Of a stretch of DNA of 64,000 nucleotides, positions 1 to 9,178 are shown one piece after another (the first letter of the stretch is position 1; the number at the start of each line of letters is the position of its first letter). The stretch lies in the NCBI GenBank assembly GCA_963823735.1, contig CAWGMO010000002.1:2998848-3062847 (forward strand), read 5' to 3'. A model generated the notes under the pieces. That model worked only from the letters and a program-made list of their open reading frames with translations. It was not told where the DNA came from and searched no databases. This DNA comes from an uncultured Actinomycetota bacterium. Its GTDB lineage: Bacteria > Actinomycetota > Actinomycetes > Streptosporangiales > Streptosporangiaceae. Position numbers and translations under genes: made by a program.

Positions 1-102
1 GGCCTGGCCCTCCGGTTCGCGCGGGTCCTGCGCCACCGGCCGGACAAGACCGCCGCCGAGGCCGACACGATCGAGAGCGTCCGCGCCACGGCGGCGTTCT
101 GA
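1..102 (+). CDS. C-terminal fragment of an ATP-dependent DNA ligase-like protein (gene starts upstream of the window)
   Basis: Frame 1 is open from the window edge to TGA at 100-102. The tail [27 protein letters not shown] resembles the conserved LRFPR..R.DK C-terminal OB-fold end of LigB/LigC-type ligases. Only 33 codons are visible. Confidence 0.4.
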   Translation, partial: GLALRFARVLRHRPDKTAAEADTIESVRATAAF

Positions 103-103
103 G

Positions 104-898
104 CTATTTGCGGTGCCGCCGCCGGTAGTCCTGCGGGATCAGGTCGTGGCGGCCCGCGATGAACTCCTGCACCCAGATCTTGACCCGGATCATCGGACGG
201 CGCAGGCGCTCCTCGCGGCGCAGCGACCGCCGCAGCTTCCGGGTGTCCGGGCCGTACCTCCAGCGCGCCCACGGTGATCCGGGGCGTGCCAGGCGCACCG
301 CGCTGACCGCCAGGACGACCGGCAGGAACAGCCCGAGCAACCCGGTCCAGATTTTGCCCTTGAACAGGGTGACGATGGCCAGGACGAGGTTCAGCAGCAG
401 GTTGGCGAGCACCAGCAGGAACACCCCGATCGGCACCGTGGTGTCGGGCCCGAGGGCGTTGACGTCGCTGAACCCGATCGGGCGTACGCCCATCAGCACC
501 AGGCCGGAGATGGCGATCGCGATGAAGACCGCGTCGATGGAGGCGCGGCCCTCCTCCATCCAGTAGACGTCCCGCAGGTGGAGGATCAGCGCGAACTCGT
601 CGAGCACCAGCGCCGCGCCGACGCCGAACACGCTCGCCGCGCAGGCGTACCAGATCGTGAAGTTGTCCGGGATGGACAGGGCGGCCACGCCGCCGATGAG
701 CATCAGCACGACGCCGAACACCACGTGGTGGATGTGCAGGTCACCGACCTGGACGTTCTTGAACCACCAGCGGACCTTCGCCCGGATCAGCCGTACGTTG
801 ATCCGGACGAAGACGAACGTGACGATGAACGCCACGAAGAAACAGAACAGCGGCAGCCTGCCGGTGGCGACGATCCGCTGTGCGAAGAACTCCCCCAC
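104..898 (-). CDS. conserved integral membrane protein, function unknown
   Basis: 264-aa ORF with strong GC3 bias and several hydrophobic spans (FCFFVAFIVTFVFV, VVFGVVLMLIGGVAAL, IGVFLLVLANLLLNLVLAIV). No recognisable catalytic motif. Confidence 0.7.
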   Translation of the reverse strand: MGEFFAQRIVATGRLPLFCFFVAFIVTFVFVRINVRLIRAKVRWWFKNVQVGDLHIHHVVFGVVLMLIGGVAALSIPDNFTIWYACAASVFGVGAALVLDEFALILHLRDVYWMEEGRASIDAVFIAIAISGLVLMGVRPIGFSDVNALGPDTTVPIGVFLLVLANLLLNLVLAIVTLFKGKIWTGLLGLFLPVVLAVSAVRLARPGSPWARWRYGPDTRKLRRSLRREERLRRPMIRVKIWVQEFIAGRHDLIPQDYRRRHRK

Positions 899-994
899 CC
901 TTGCCCCCGATAAGTCGCGCCGTCTTGGACCGGATCCGGCCCGCTCGATGAACGGCGGTCAGGGACACCGGGGCGCCGAGGCGCCCGGGTGTGG

Positions 995-2293
995 TCAGCC
1001 GTTCAGGCGGACCGGGTTCACGAGGTCGGCGTACACCAGCAGCGCCCCCATCGTGATGATGACAAGCGCCATTGCATACGTCAGCGGGAGCGCCTTGGCC
1101 ACATCGACATGACCGGGGTCCGGCCTGCGGGTGACCTTGGCGATGAGGCGCTTGACCGCCTCCCACAGGGCCCCCGCTATGTGACCGCCGTCAAGCGGCA
1201 GCAAGGGCACCAGGTTGAACATTCCGACCGCGAAGTTCACCGTACCCAGCATCATCAGAAAGAACGCGAGCTTGTCCAGTCCGGGTTCGTGGGAGGCGGC
1301 GATCTCCCCGCCGATGCGGCTGGCGCCGACGACGCCGATCGGTCCGTTCGGGTCGCGCTTCTGGCTGCCGAAGGCGGCGTTCCAGACGCCGACCATCTTC
1401 TTGGGCATGTTGAGCAGCGAGCCGACGGTGCGCGTGGTGAGGTCGCTCATCGCGCTGACGACGGTGCCGGGGCCCTGACGCTCGCGCGCGCTGGTCGGCA
1501 TGATGCCGAGGAATCCGACGTTCTCGGTCTTGTTCGGGTCGTCGAGCGACTGCATCTGGTTGGTGGTGACCGGGACGGACAGCGTCACGTCGCCGCCGCC
1601 GCGCCGGACGACCACCGGCACCGTACGGCCGCCGGAGGCCCGGATCAGCCCCTGGAGCTGCGTGTACGACTTGATCTTGTGACCCTCGTAGGAGATCACG
1701 CGGTCGCCGGGCTTCATGCCGGCCCGTACGGCGGGCGTCACCGGGTCGGTCGGCGAGCAGTCGCGGCCCGCCTGCGCGGCCGGGATGGCGCACTTGGAGA
1801 CCGAGCCGATCACGGGCTGGAGCTGGGACATGCCGATGCCCATCACCACGATGCTGATGAACACGAAGGCCAGGACGATGTTCATGAACGGGCCGGCGAA
1901 CATGATGATCGTCTTCTGCCACCACGTCTTGCGGTAGAAGACACGGTCGTCGTCGTCCGGGCCGACCTCTTCGAGTGCGGCGCCGCGCGCGGACTCGATC
2001 AGGCCCTGGAACGGGCCGGTCGAGGTGCTGCGGTAGGTGCCGGTCGGGTCGTCGCGGCGCGGCGGCAGCATGCCGATCATGCGGATGTAGCCGCCCAGCG
2101 GGATCCACTTGACGCCGTACTCGGTCTCACCGGTGTGCCGGGACCACATCGTCGGGCCGAAGCCGACCATGTACTGGGTGACGCGCACGCCGAAGAGCTT
2201 GGCGAACGACAGGTGCCCCAGCTCGTGCAGCGCGATCGAGGCGAGCAGGCCGAGGAAGAAGACGATGATGCCCACCACGAAAAGCCAGCTCAT
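995..2293 (-). CDS. rseP: RIP metalloprotease RseP/Rip1 (M50 site-2 protease with PDZ domain)
   Basis: MSWLFVVGIIVFFLGLLASIALHELGHLSFAK carries the HExxH motif in a TM helix. A PDZ-like middle region follows, and the C-terminal NLVPLLPLDGGH motif is present. Start chosen at the ATG at 2293; the ORF track extends to 2377. Confidence 0.9.
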   Translation of the reverse strand: MSWLFVVGIIVFFLGLLASIALHELGHLSFAKLFGVRVTQYMVGFGPTMWSRHTGETEYGVKWIPLGGYIRMIGMLPPRRDDPTGTYRSTSTGPFQGLIESARGAALEEVGPDDDDRVFYRKTWWQKTIIMFAGPFMNIVLAFVFISIVVMGIGMSQLQPVIGSVSKCAIPAAQAGRDCSPTDPVTPAVRAGMKPGDRVISYEGHKIKSYTQLQGLIRASGGRTVPVVVRRGGGDVTLSVPVTTNQMQSLDDPNKTENVGFLGIMPTSARERQGPGTVVSAMSDLTTRTVGSLLNMPKKMVGVWNAAFGSQKRDPNGPIGVVGASRIGGEIAASHEPGLDKLAFFLMMLGTVNFAVGMFNLVPLLPLDGGHIAGALWEAVKRLIAKVTRRPDPGHVDVAKALPLTYAMALVIITMGALLVYADLVNPVRLNG

Positions 2294-2380
2294 TGCGCGC
2301 CCACACTCCTCATCCGATCCGCACCGGCGGCACGCCTCCGTGCTCCCCGGTCGCACAAGCGTAAGCGGTAATTGCAAAAC

Positions 2381-3118
2381 CTATGTCAGGAAGCCTCTCA
2401 GGAGGGCTCCGGTGCCCTCCAGATGCTCCACGACGGCCCGCCGGGCGGCGTCCGGGTCACCCTCGACGATGGCGTCGACGATCTTCGCGTGCTGCACCGA
2501 GGCGTGGTCGATGTTGCGCTTCAGCACCGGGATGGCGCTCAGGAGGTCGTTGAGCCGCATGCGGGCGTCGGCGCAGGCCGCGGCCAGGGTCGGCGAGCCG
2601 GTCAGCTCACCGATGGTCAGGTGGAAGCGTGTGTCGACGCGCCGGTAGTCGCCGGGCGCGGACCGGTCGGCGTCGTGCAGGCAGTCGCGCAGCCGCGCGA
2701 TCTCGTCGCCCGCCAGCTCGCGCCCGGCGAGCACCTGGGCCGCGCCGGTCTCGACCGCCATCCGGTACACGAGGGCGTCGCTGAGCTGCTCGCCCATCTC
2801 GGCGGCGACGCGTTCGAGGTCGCCGCGCCGTGGCGCCGCGGGGCGGTAGGTGACGAAGGTGCCGCCGAAGCGCCCGCGCCGCGACTCGACGTACCCCTCG
2901 TGCTGGAGCGCGCGTATCGCCTCGCGCAGGGTCACGCGGCTGATGCCGAGGCGCGGGGCGAGCTCGCGTTCGGGCGGCAGCCGCTCGCCGAGGCCGACGA
3001 CCCCGAGTTTGATCGCCTGGAGGAGGCGTTCCACGGTCTCCTCGAAGGCGTTGCCCTCGCGTACGGGGCGGAAGACGGCCGAGGTCGTGAGGTCCACCGG
3101 TCTGCCGGTGTCGCTCAA
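2381..3118 (-). CDS. GntR-family transcriptional regulator (FadR/FCD subfamily)
   Basis: N-terminal winged HTH (LPPERELAPRLGISRVTLREAIRALQHEGYVESRRGRFGGTFV) followed by an all-helical FCD-type C-terminal domain. Confidence 0.85.
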   Translation of the reverse strand: MSDTGRPVDLTTSAVFRPVREGNAFEETVERLLQAIKLGVVGLGERLPPERELAPRLGISRVTLREAIRALQHEGYVESRRGRFGGTFVTYRPAAPRRGDLERVAAEMGEQLSDALVYRMAVETGAAQVLAGRELAGDEIARLRDCLHDADRSAPGDYRRVDTRFHLTIGELTGSPTLAAACADARMRLNDLLSAIPVLKRNIDHASVQHAKIVDAIVEGDPDAARRAVVEHLEGTGALLRGFLT

Positions 3119-3200
3119 TGAAGGCCGCCTTCGGTCATGCCGGTCAGGGTATCGAGGGCGGCCGGGCGGGAACGCGCGCCGTCCCCACCCGGCCGCGGCC

Positions 3201-4728
3201 TCACATGGGTTCCAGTTCGTTCTCGGCCGCCGTACGGCGCGGGCCGTCGAACCACTTGTGCGCCGACAGCACCCACCAGCCGCCGACGAGGACGAGCACG
3301 GCGAAGACCGCGATCGGCGCGTAGTTCACGCGCGGTCCAGTCGAACGCCTTGTTGCCCGGTACGCCGGCCGGGGCGATCGGCAGGATGAAGTAGATCGAG
3401 ATCACCACGATCTCGATCACCGCGATCCAGCCGAGCACCTTGTACTTGCTGCCCAGCGTCCAGGGCCCCGGCTGGAACCGGTCGCCCATCCGCAGCCGCA
3501 GGTAGATCGGGATGAGGAAGGCCAGGTAGAGGCCGATCACCGCGATCGAGACGACGGCGTAGAAGGCGGTGGGCGTCCCGGTCGGGCTCTTGTAGAGGGC
3601 CGGCAGGGTCAGCACGAGCGCGGCGACGGTGCCCATGATGATCGCGTTCACCGGCGTGCGGTTGCGGTTGACCTTCGACCACAGCTTCCAGCCGGGGATG
3701 CCGCCGTCGCGCGAGAAGGCGTACGTCATGCGGGACATGCTCGTGACGCAGCTCATGCCGCAGTAGAACTGGCCGATCACCGAGATCGCGATGACGATCT
3801 TGGCGAGGGCCGGGCTCAGCGCGCTGGTGAAGATCGCCGGGGCGAAGCCCGCCGCGGCGTTGATGCCCTTCACGTCGGTGGCGGCGAACAGGAAGGACAG
3901 CAGCAGGATCCAGCCGCCGACCGCCGAGTAGAAGATGGACCGCCACAGGCCCTTGGCGGCCGACATGGCCGCGCCCTTGGTCTCCTCGGACACGTGGGCG
4001 CAGGCGTCGAACCCGGTGATCGTGTACTGCGTCAGCAGGAAGCCGAGGGGCAGCACGTAGAACCAGTAGGTGCCGCCGGAGAACCCGGAGTTGTTGATCC
4101 GCTCGGTGAAGACGAACTTCAGGCTCTGGTGGGAGTCCGGCCCGAAGATCAGGATCAGCACGATCACGGCGACACCGAAGACGTGCCACCAGACCGAGAT
4201 GTTCTGCAGGAGCGCGACGAGCCGGTGCCCGAAGACGTTGATCAGCGCGTGCAGGACCAGCACGATCAGGAACAGCAGGAAGACGAACGACAGGCCGCCG
4301 TCCCAGCCCTTGTGCAGCATGCCGAGCAGCACGTTGAGGAAGGTCGCGCAGCCGTAGTCGACCGACGCCGTGACGGCGACGAGGCCGATCAGGTTGAGCC
4401 ACCCGGTGAACCAGCCGTGCACCGGCTTGCCCATCGTCGCGGCCCACCAGTAGATGCCGCCGGCCGTCGGGTAGGCCGAGACCAGCTCGGACATGCAGAA
4501 CCCGATGATCAGGATGAACCCCGCGATGAGCGGCCAGCCCCAGGTGATGGCGACCGGCCCGCCGTTGTTCCACGCCTGGCCGAACGTCGTGAAACAGCCG
4601 GCGAGGATCGAGATGATGGAGAAGGAGATCGCGAAGTTGGAGAACCCGCTCCAGGAGCGGTCGAGCTCCTGCGTGTAGCCGAGTTCGGCGAGTCTCTTGG
4701 CGTCATGGTCGAGATCGTTGGCCATCAA
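3201..4728 (-). pseudogene. APC-superfamily amino acid/choline/ethanolamine-type permease, apparent 1-nt frameshift near 3330-3334
   Basis: The N-terminus (SWSGFSNFAISFSIISILAGCFTTFGQAWNNGGPVAITWGWPL) and about 12 TM spans are typical of the family. After ...GNKAFDWTA the listed ORF runs into an Arg/Pro-rich nonsense tail. Shifting one frame gives VNYAPIAVFAVLVLVGGWWVLSAHKWFDGPRRTAAENELEPM and a stop at 3201-3203. Confidence 0.8.
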
Positions 4729-4786
4729 GGCTCCTCGATGGTGGCGTGGGTCGGGGGTCGGACCGCACGGCCGGGCCGTACGCCGT

Positions 4787-5722
4787 TCAGGGGGTGCCTC
4801 CGCGTGCGACGCGGCCGATCAGACGGCCGAGATCGGGGTCACGGAGGTCACGGAGCGCCTGGTCCCACTTGTCGGCGGCCTCGGCGTCGTAGTCGAAGGT
4901 GGCGTCGGCCGCCCGCTCGGCGAGCAGGCCGTGGTGGATCGCGAACCACAGCGTCCAGGTGAAATTGGAGGCCAGCAGGTAGAGGCGTACGCGCGCGAGC
5001 AGCGCGTCCGACATCGACGCGCCGAAGTACGCCGAGGCCAGCGCCTCGACGCGGGCGGGCTCGAAGTCGGCCTCGGCGGCGATGTCGCCGAGCTCGAAGG
5101 CCGGGTCGTTCATGCCGGAGAGCTGGTAGTCGACGATCCGGATGTCGCGCCCGTCGTCGATGAAGTTCTCGGGCAGCAGGTCGTTGTGGCACGGGACGGC
5201 GGGCAGGGGCGCGGCGGTCACCGCCGCCTCGATGGCGGCCATGACCGGCAGGTGGTCGGCGTAGCCGTCGGGGACCGGCAGGTCGTGGCGGCGGCACCGG
5301 TCCAGGAGATCCTCGGCCTTGCGGAAGATGTCGAACTCGCAGGCGAACGGCACCGGTGAGGCGTGCAGCCGCCGGCAGGCCTGCGCGATCCGCGTGATCG
5401 TCTCCGGGCGGCGCACCCGCTCCTGGCAGAGCGTCTCGCCGTCGATGTACTCCAGCACGAGGACCTCGCCGGCGACGTGCACGACGGCGGGGCCCACGCC
5501 CGTGCGCGCCGCGCGCACGGTGTTCTCGATCTCCAGGTGGGTCGGGATGCCGAGGCCCGCCTCGCTGACGGCCGGGTCGAGGACGCGCACGACGTACGGC
5601 GAGCCGCCCGCGTCGACGCGGAGCACGCGGTGGCTGAGGCCGCCCTTCAGCGTGGTGCACGCGAAGTCGCCGCCAGGGGCGATCCCGGCCTGCGCCATGA
5701 TCTCCGCCACGCCAAGCGCCAT
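4787..5722 (-). CDS. choline/ethanolamine kinase-like phosphotransferase (APH/ChoK fold)
   Basis: Carries the Brenner motif CHNDLLPENFI and the choline-kinase-type motif IVDYQLSGMNDPAFELGDIAAE. Start taken at the ATG (MALGV...) at 5722; the upstream extension to 5845 looks non-coding. Confidence 0.75.
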   Translation of the reverse strand: MALGVAEIMAQAGIAPGGDFACTTLKGGLSHRVLRVDAGGSPYVVRVLDPAVSEAGLGIPTHLEIENTVRAARTGVGPAVVHVAGEVLVLEYIDGETLCQERVRRPETITRIAQACRRLHASPVPFACEFDIFRKAEDLLDRCRRHDLPVPDGYADHLPVMAAIEAAVTAAPLPAVPCHNDLLPENFIDDGRDIRIVDYQLSGMNDPAFELGDIAAEADFEPARVEALASAYFGASMSDALLARVRLYLLASNFTWTLWFAIHHGLLAERAADATFDYDAEAADKWDQALRDLRDPDLGRLIGRVARGGTP

Positions 5723-5886
5723 GGTCCGTCCAACGGTGGTGCGGTGGCGGCGTGGTGGGCTTGGACTGCCCTTAACCCATTCGAAATCCGAGGGTTGCCT
5801 TGTCGCCAGTGTTGTTCCGGAAGTCTGGGAGCGGCGAAGCCTCACGTCAAGAGCTGCCTAGAACTTAGTTCGGCCGACCTTTTCGT

Positions 5887-5905
5887 CTTTTGGTATGCCC
5901 AAAAG
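5887..5905. promoter_or_regulatory. 7-bp inverted repeat CTTTTGG-TATGC-CCAAAAG in a divergent promoter region (candidate operator)
   Basis: A perfect palindrome sits in a locally low-GC 200-bp spacer between the kinase-like gene (-) and the HutC-type regulator (+), 19 nt upstream of the regulator ATG. Confidence 0.3.
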
Positions 5906-5923
5906 GATGTTACAAATCGGCGT

Positions 5924-6682
5924 ATGGCGGACAGTGCCGTGCAGGCCGACGACTCGCTCCGCCGCAAGGCCTGGGAGGGCGTCGCGGACGCGATACGCAA
6001 GGGCGGCTACCGCCCCGGCGATCGGCTGCCGCCCGAACGCGAGCTGGCCGGGCGGCTGGACGTGAGCCGGTCCACGCTGCGGCTCGCGCTGCACGACCTG
6101 GAGCGGGCAGGCACCGTCATACGCCGGCCGGGCCGCGGCGGCGGCACCTTCGTCGCCTCACCCAGGATCGAACGCGATCTCGGCAGCTTCGCCGGCCTCG
6201 GCGAGTACATCCGCCGGCAGGGCCTGGTCGCGGGCGCACGCGTGCTCGCGGTGGCGCTGACGCGGGCCGAGGCGCCGGTGGCGGCGGCCCTGCGGCTCGG
6301 TACGGGCGAGGCGGTCGTCGCCGTCACACGGGTACGCCTCGCCGACGGCGACCCGATCGCGCTCGAACGCTCCTGGTTCCCGGCCGCCCGCTTCCCCGGG
6401 CTGGCCGAGCAGGCGCTGGGCGGGTCGCTGTACGAGCTGCTGCGCGACCGGTACGGCGACGCGCCGGAGCGCGCGGTCGAGCGGATCGAGCCGGTCGCCG
6501 CCGAGGACGAGACGGCGTCCCTGCTCGACGTCGAACCGGGCACGCCGCTGCTGTCCGTGGAGCGCGTGGCCTACAACCGGGCCGGCGACCCCGTCGAGCA
6601 CGCGCGCGACCTGTTCCGCGGCGACCGTACGCGCGTCGTCGTCTGGACCTCTCCCGACGACCCCGCGGAGGACCGGCCGTGA
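5924..6682 (+). CDS. GntR-family transcriptional regulator (HutC subfamily, UTRA effector domain)
   Basis: HTH LPPERELAGRLDVSRSTLRLALHDLERAGTVIRRPGRGGGTFV is followed by a UTRA-like C-terminal half. Start at ATG 5924, in frame with track ORF 5363..6682. The stop overlaps the next gene start (GTGA). Confidence 0.85.
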   Translation: MADSAVQADDSLRRKAWEGVADAIRKGGYRPGDRLPPERELAGRLDVSRSTLRLALHDLERAGTVIRRPGRGGGTFVASPRIERDLGSFAGLGEYIRRQGLVAGARVLAVALTRAEAPVAAALRLGTGEAVVAVTRVRLADGDPIALERSWFPAARFPGLAEQALGGSLYELLRDRYGDAPERAVERIEPVAAEDETASLLDVEPGTPLLSVERVAYNRAGDPVEHARDLFRGDRTRVVVWTSPDDPAEDRP

Positions 6683-9117
6683 ACCTTCCCGAACGCGCAC
6701 GCGTCGTCGTGGTCGGCGGTGGCGTCGGCGGCACCAGCGTCGCCTACCACCTGGCCGAGCGCGGCGAACGCGACGTCGTCCTGCTCGACCGCGCCGAGCT
6801 GACGAGCGGCTCGACGTTCCACTCGGCGGGCCTGGTCGGGCAGCTTCGGTCCGACCCGACGCTGACCCGGATGAACATGTACTCCGTCGAGCTGTACCGC
6901 AGGCTCCAGGAGGGCGAGCACCCGCCTGGCTGGGTCGAGTGCGGCGGCATCCGGCTGGCCTGCACGCCGGAGCGCATGGAGGAGACGCGCCGCCAGATCG
7001 GCTGGGCGCGCACGTACGGGCTGCCGCTGGAGGAGATCTCCGCGGACGAGGCGAAGCGGATGTTCCCGCTGATGAGCACCGAGGGCGTGCTCGGCGCGGC
7101 GTACCTGCGCACCGACGGCTACGTCGACCCGTCGCAGCTGACGCTGGCGCTCGCCGCCGGTGCGCGCGCGGGCGGCACCCGGATCCTGACGCGTACGCGG
7201 GTGCTCGGCGTCGAGGTCGCGAACGGGCGGGTCACCGGCGTGCGTACGGACCGCGGCGACATCGAGGCCGAGGTCGTGGTCGACTGCGGCGGGATGTTCG
7301 CGGCCGAGATCGGGCGGATGGCCGGCGTGCGCGTGCCGGTCGTGCCGATGTCGCACCAATATCTGGTCACCGAGCCGCTGCGGGAGCGCGACGGCGTACG
7401 CCTGCCGACGCTGCGCGACCCCGACAACCTCGTGTACTTCCGCGAGGAGGTCGACGGCCTGCTCATGGGCGGGTACGAGCGCCGGTCCGCCGCCTGGGCG
7501 CTGGACGCGACCGCGCGGGACGCCGTCCCCGCCGACTTCAACGGGCGGCTGCTCCCCGAGGACTGGGACCGGTTCGAGGAGATCGCCGCCAACTCGCGGC
7601 TCCGCGTCCCGCTGATGGCCGACGCCGGCATCCGCAAGATCATCAACGGCCCGGAGGCGTTCACGCCGGACAACGAGTTCTGCCTCGGCGAGACGGAGGT
7701 CGCGGGCTTCTTCGTCGCGGCGGGGTTCTGCGCGCACGGCATCGCGGGCGCGGGCGGGATCGGGCGGCTGATGGCCGGGTGGATCGTCGACGGCGAGCCG
7801 GACATGGACGTCTGGCACATGGACGTCCGGCGGTTCGGCCGGCACTACCGGTCCCCGTCGTACACGCTGAAGCGCACCGTCGAGAACTACGAGACCTACT
7901 ACGACATCCCCTACCCGGACCGCGAGCGCGCCGCGGGCCGCCCGCTGCGGGTCTCCCCCGCGTACGGCATGCACGTGGCGCTGGGCGCGGTGTTCGGCGA
8001 GAAGGCGGGCTGGGAGCGCGTCGACTACTACGCCTCGAACGCCGCGAACGGCGACGAGACCGTACGCCCGAGCGGCTGGGCCGGGCGGCGCTGGTCCCCC
8101 GCGATCGGCGCCGAGCACGCCGCGGCGCGCGAGTCGGCGGCGCTGTTCGACGAGTCGTCCTTCTCCAAGATCGAGGTCACGGGCGCGGGGGCCGCGGCGC
8201 TGCTGGAGTGGCTCTGCGACAACGAGGTCGCGCGCGAGGTCGGCGCGGTGACGTACACGCAGTGCCTCAACGCGCGCGGCGGCATCGAGTGCGACTTCAC
8301 CGTCACGCGCACCGCCGAGGACGCCTTCCTGGTGGTCACCGGCACCGCGTTCGGCATCCGTGACCTGGAGTGGATCCGGCGGCACGCCCCGGACGACGGC
8401 TCGGTGCGCGTCGCGGACGTCACCGGGCAGTACGCCTGCTTCGCCCTGTGGGGCCCGCGCTCGCGCGAAGTCCTGGCGCCGCTGACGCCGGACGGCCTCG
8501 GCAACGACGACTTCCCGTACCTGACCTCGCGCGAGATCACCGTCGGCGACGTTCCGGTGCGCGCGCTGCGCGTGACCTTCGCCGGCGAGCTGGGCTGGGA
8601 GCTGTACTGCTCCAGCGAGTACGGCGCGGCGCTGTGGCGGACCCTGACCGGCACCGGCGAGGTCGTCCCCGGCGGCTACCTCGCGATCGACAGCCTCCGG
8701 CTGGAGAAGGGGTACCGGGTCTGGGGTTCGGACCTGTCGCCGGACGTCACCCCGTACGAGGCGGGCCTCGGGTTCTGCGTACGGCTCGGCAAGCCCGGCG
8801 GGTTCCTCGGCCGGGACGCGCTGGTCGCCGCCAGGGAGCGCGGGCTCACGCGGCGGCTGCGCTGCCTGACCCTCGACGACCCGCGCGCGGTGTGCCTGGG
8901 CAACGAGCCGGTACGCGTGGGCGGGACCGTGTCCGGCCGGGTCACCTCGGGCGGGTACGGTCACACCGTCGGACGGTCCATCGCCTACGCGTACCTCCCC
9001 GTGGAGTCCGCCGAGGCGGGCACCCGGGTCGAGGTGGAGATCTTCGGCGAGTGGGTGCCCGGGGTGGTCGCCCGCGAGCCCTTGCACGATCCTGAAGGCG
9101 CCCGCGTCAGGACCTGA
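6679..9117 (+). CDS. dimethylglycine-oxidase-like enzyme: FAD-dependent amine oxidoreductase fused to a GcvT-type folate-binding aminomethyltransferase domain
   Basis: The N-terminal Rossmann motif VVVVGGGVGGTSVAYHL...STFHSAGLVGQLR belongs to the DAO family. The C-terminal roughly 380 aa are GcvT-like (FDESSFSKIEVTGAGA..., LRVTFAGELGWELY, SLRLEKGY). A GTG start at 6679 is coupled to the regulator stop. The first 260 aa of track ORF 5890..9117 are an off-frame overlap. Confidence 0.85.
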   Translation: MNLPERARVVVVGGGVGGTSVAYHLAERGERDVVLLDRAELTSGSTFHSAGLVGQLRSDPTLTRMNMYSVELYRRLQEGEHPPGWVECGGIRLACTPERMEETRRQIGWARTYGLPLEEISADEAKRMFPLMSTEGVLGAAYLRTDGYVDPSQLTLALAAGARAGGTRILTRTRVLGVEVANGRVTGVRTDRGDIEAEVVVDCGGMFAAEIGRMAGVRVPVVPMSHQYLVTEPLRERDGVRLPTLRDPDNLVYFREEVDGLLMGGYERRSAAWALDATARDAVPADFNGRLLPEDWDRFEEIAANSRLRVPLMADAGIRKIINGPEAFTPDNEFCLGETEVAGFFVAAGFCAHGIAGAGGIGRLMAGWIVDGEPDMDVWHMDVRRFGRHYRSPSYTLKRTVENYETYYDIPYPDRERAAGRPLRVSPAYGMHVALGAVFGEKAGWERVDYYASNAANGDETVRPSGWAGRRWSPAIGAEHAAARESAALFDESSFSKIEVTGAGAAALLEWLCDNEVAREVGAVTYTQCLNARGGIECDFTVTRTAEDAFLVVTGTAFGIRDLEWIRRHAPDDGSVRVADVTGQYACFALWGPRSREVLAPLTPDGLGNDDFPYLTSREITVGDVPVRALRVTFAGELGWELYCSSEYGAALWRTLTGTGEVVPGGYLAIDSLRLEKGYRVWGSDLSPDVTPYEAGLGFCVRLGKPGGFLGRDALVAARERGLTRRLRCLTLDDPRAVCLGNEPVRVGGTVSGRVTSGGYGHTVGRSIAYAYLPVESAEAGTRVEVEIFGEWVPGVVAREPLHDPEGARVRT

Positions 9118-9154
9118 CGCGCCGAAGTATTGACATCACACAGCTCAGCCCTCT

Positions 9155-9178
9155 CAATGGTCGAAAAACAAACCATTG
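9155..9178. promoter_or_regulatory. inverted repeat CAATGGT-N10-ACCATTG next to a TTGACA hexamer (candidate promoter/operator of the glnA-like operon)
   Basis: Low-GC patch at 9125-9180. TTGACA lies at 9130-9135, and the 7-bp arms lie at 9155-9161 and 9172-9178. Confidence 0.3.

Noticed and set aside
989-2371. Long ORFs antisense to, or out of frame with, recognised genes. Examples: 989..2371 (+), 6571..9087 (-), 9259..11550 (-), 22430..24433 (+), 26517..28451 (-), 30973..32628 (-), 45481..47253 (-), 58011..59192 (-) and 60589..62238 (+).
   Set aside because: Their translations are Arg/Pro/Gly/Ala-rich with no motifs, and they lack the strong G/C third-position bias of the overlapping annotated frame. 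Such open frames are expected by chance in DNA with few A/T-rich stop triplets.
3115-3330. An Arg/Pro/Gly-rich 70-aa C-terminal tail on the APC permease that overlaps the GntR gene stop.
   Set aside because: A one-frame shift yields a hydrophobic final TM helix and a typical cytoplasmic tail ending at 3201. The listed tail is a frameshift artefact.
5890-9117. A 1075-aa ORF that looks like a giant fusion protein.
   Set aside because: The first roughly 260 aa are an off-frame reading of the HutC regulator gene and are Arg/Pro/Gly-rich. The real enzyme starts at GTG 6679 with the FAD Rossmann motif.
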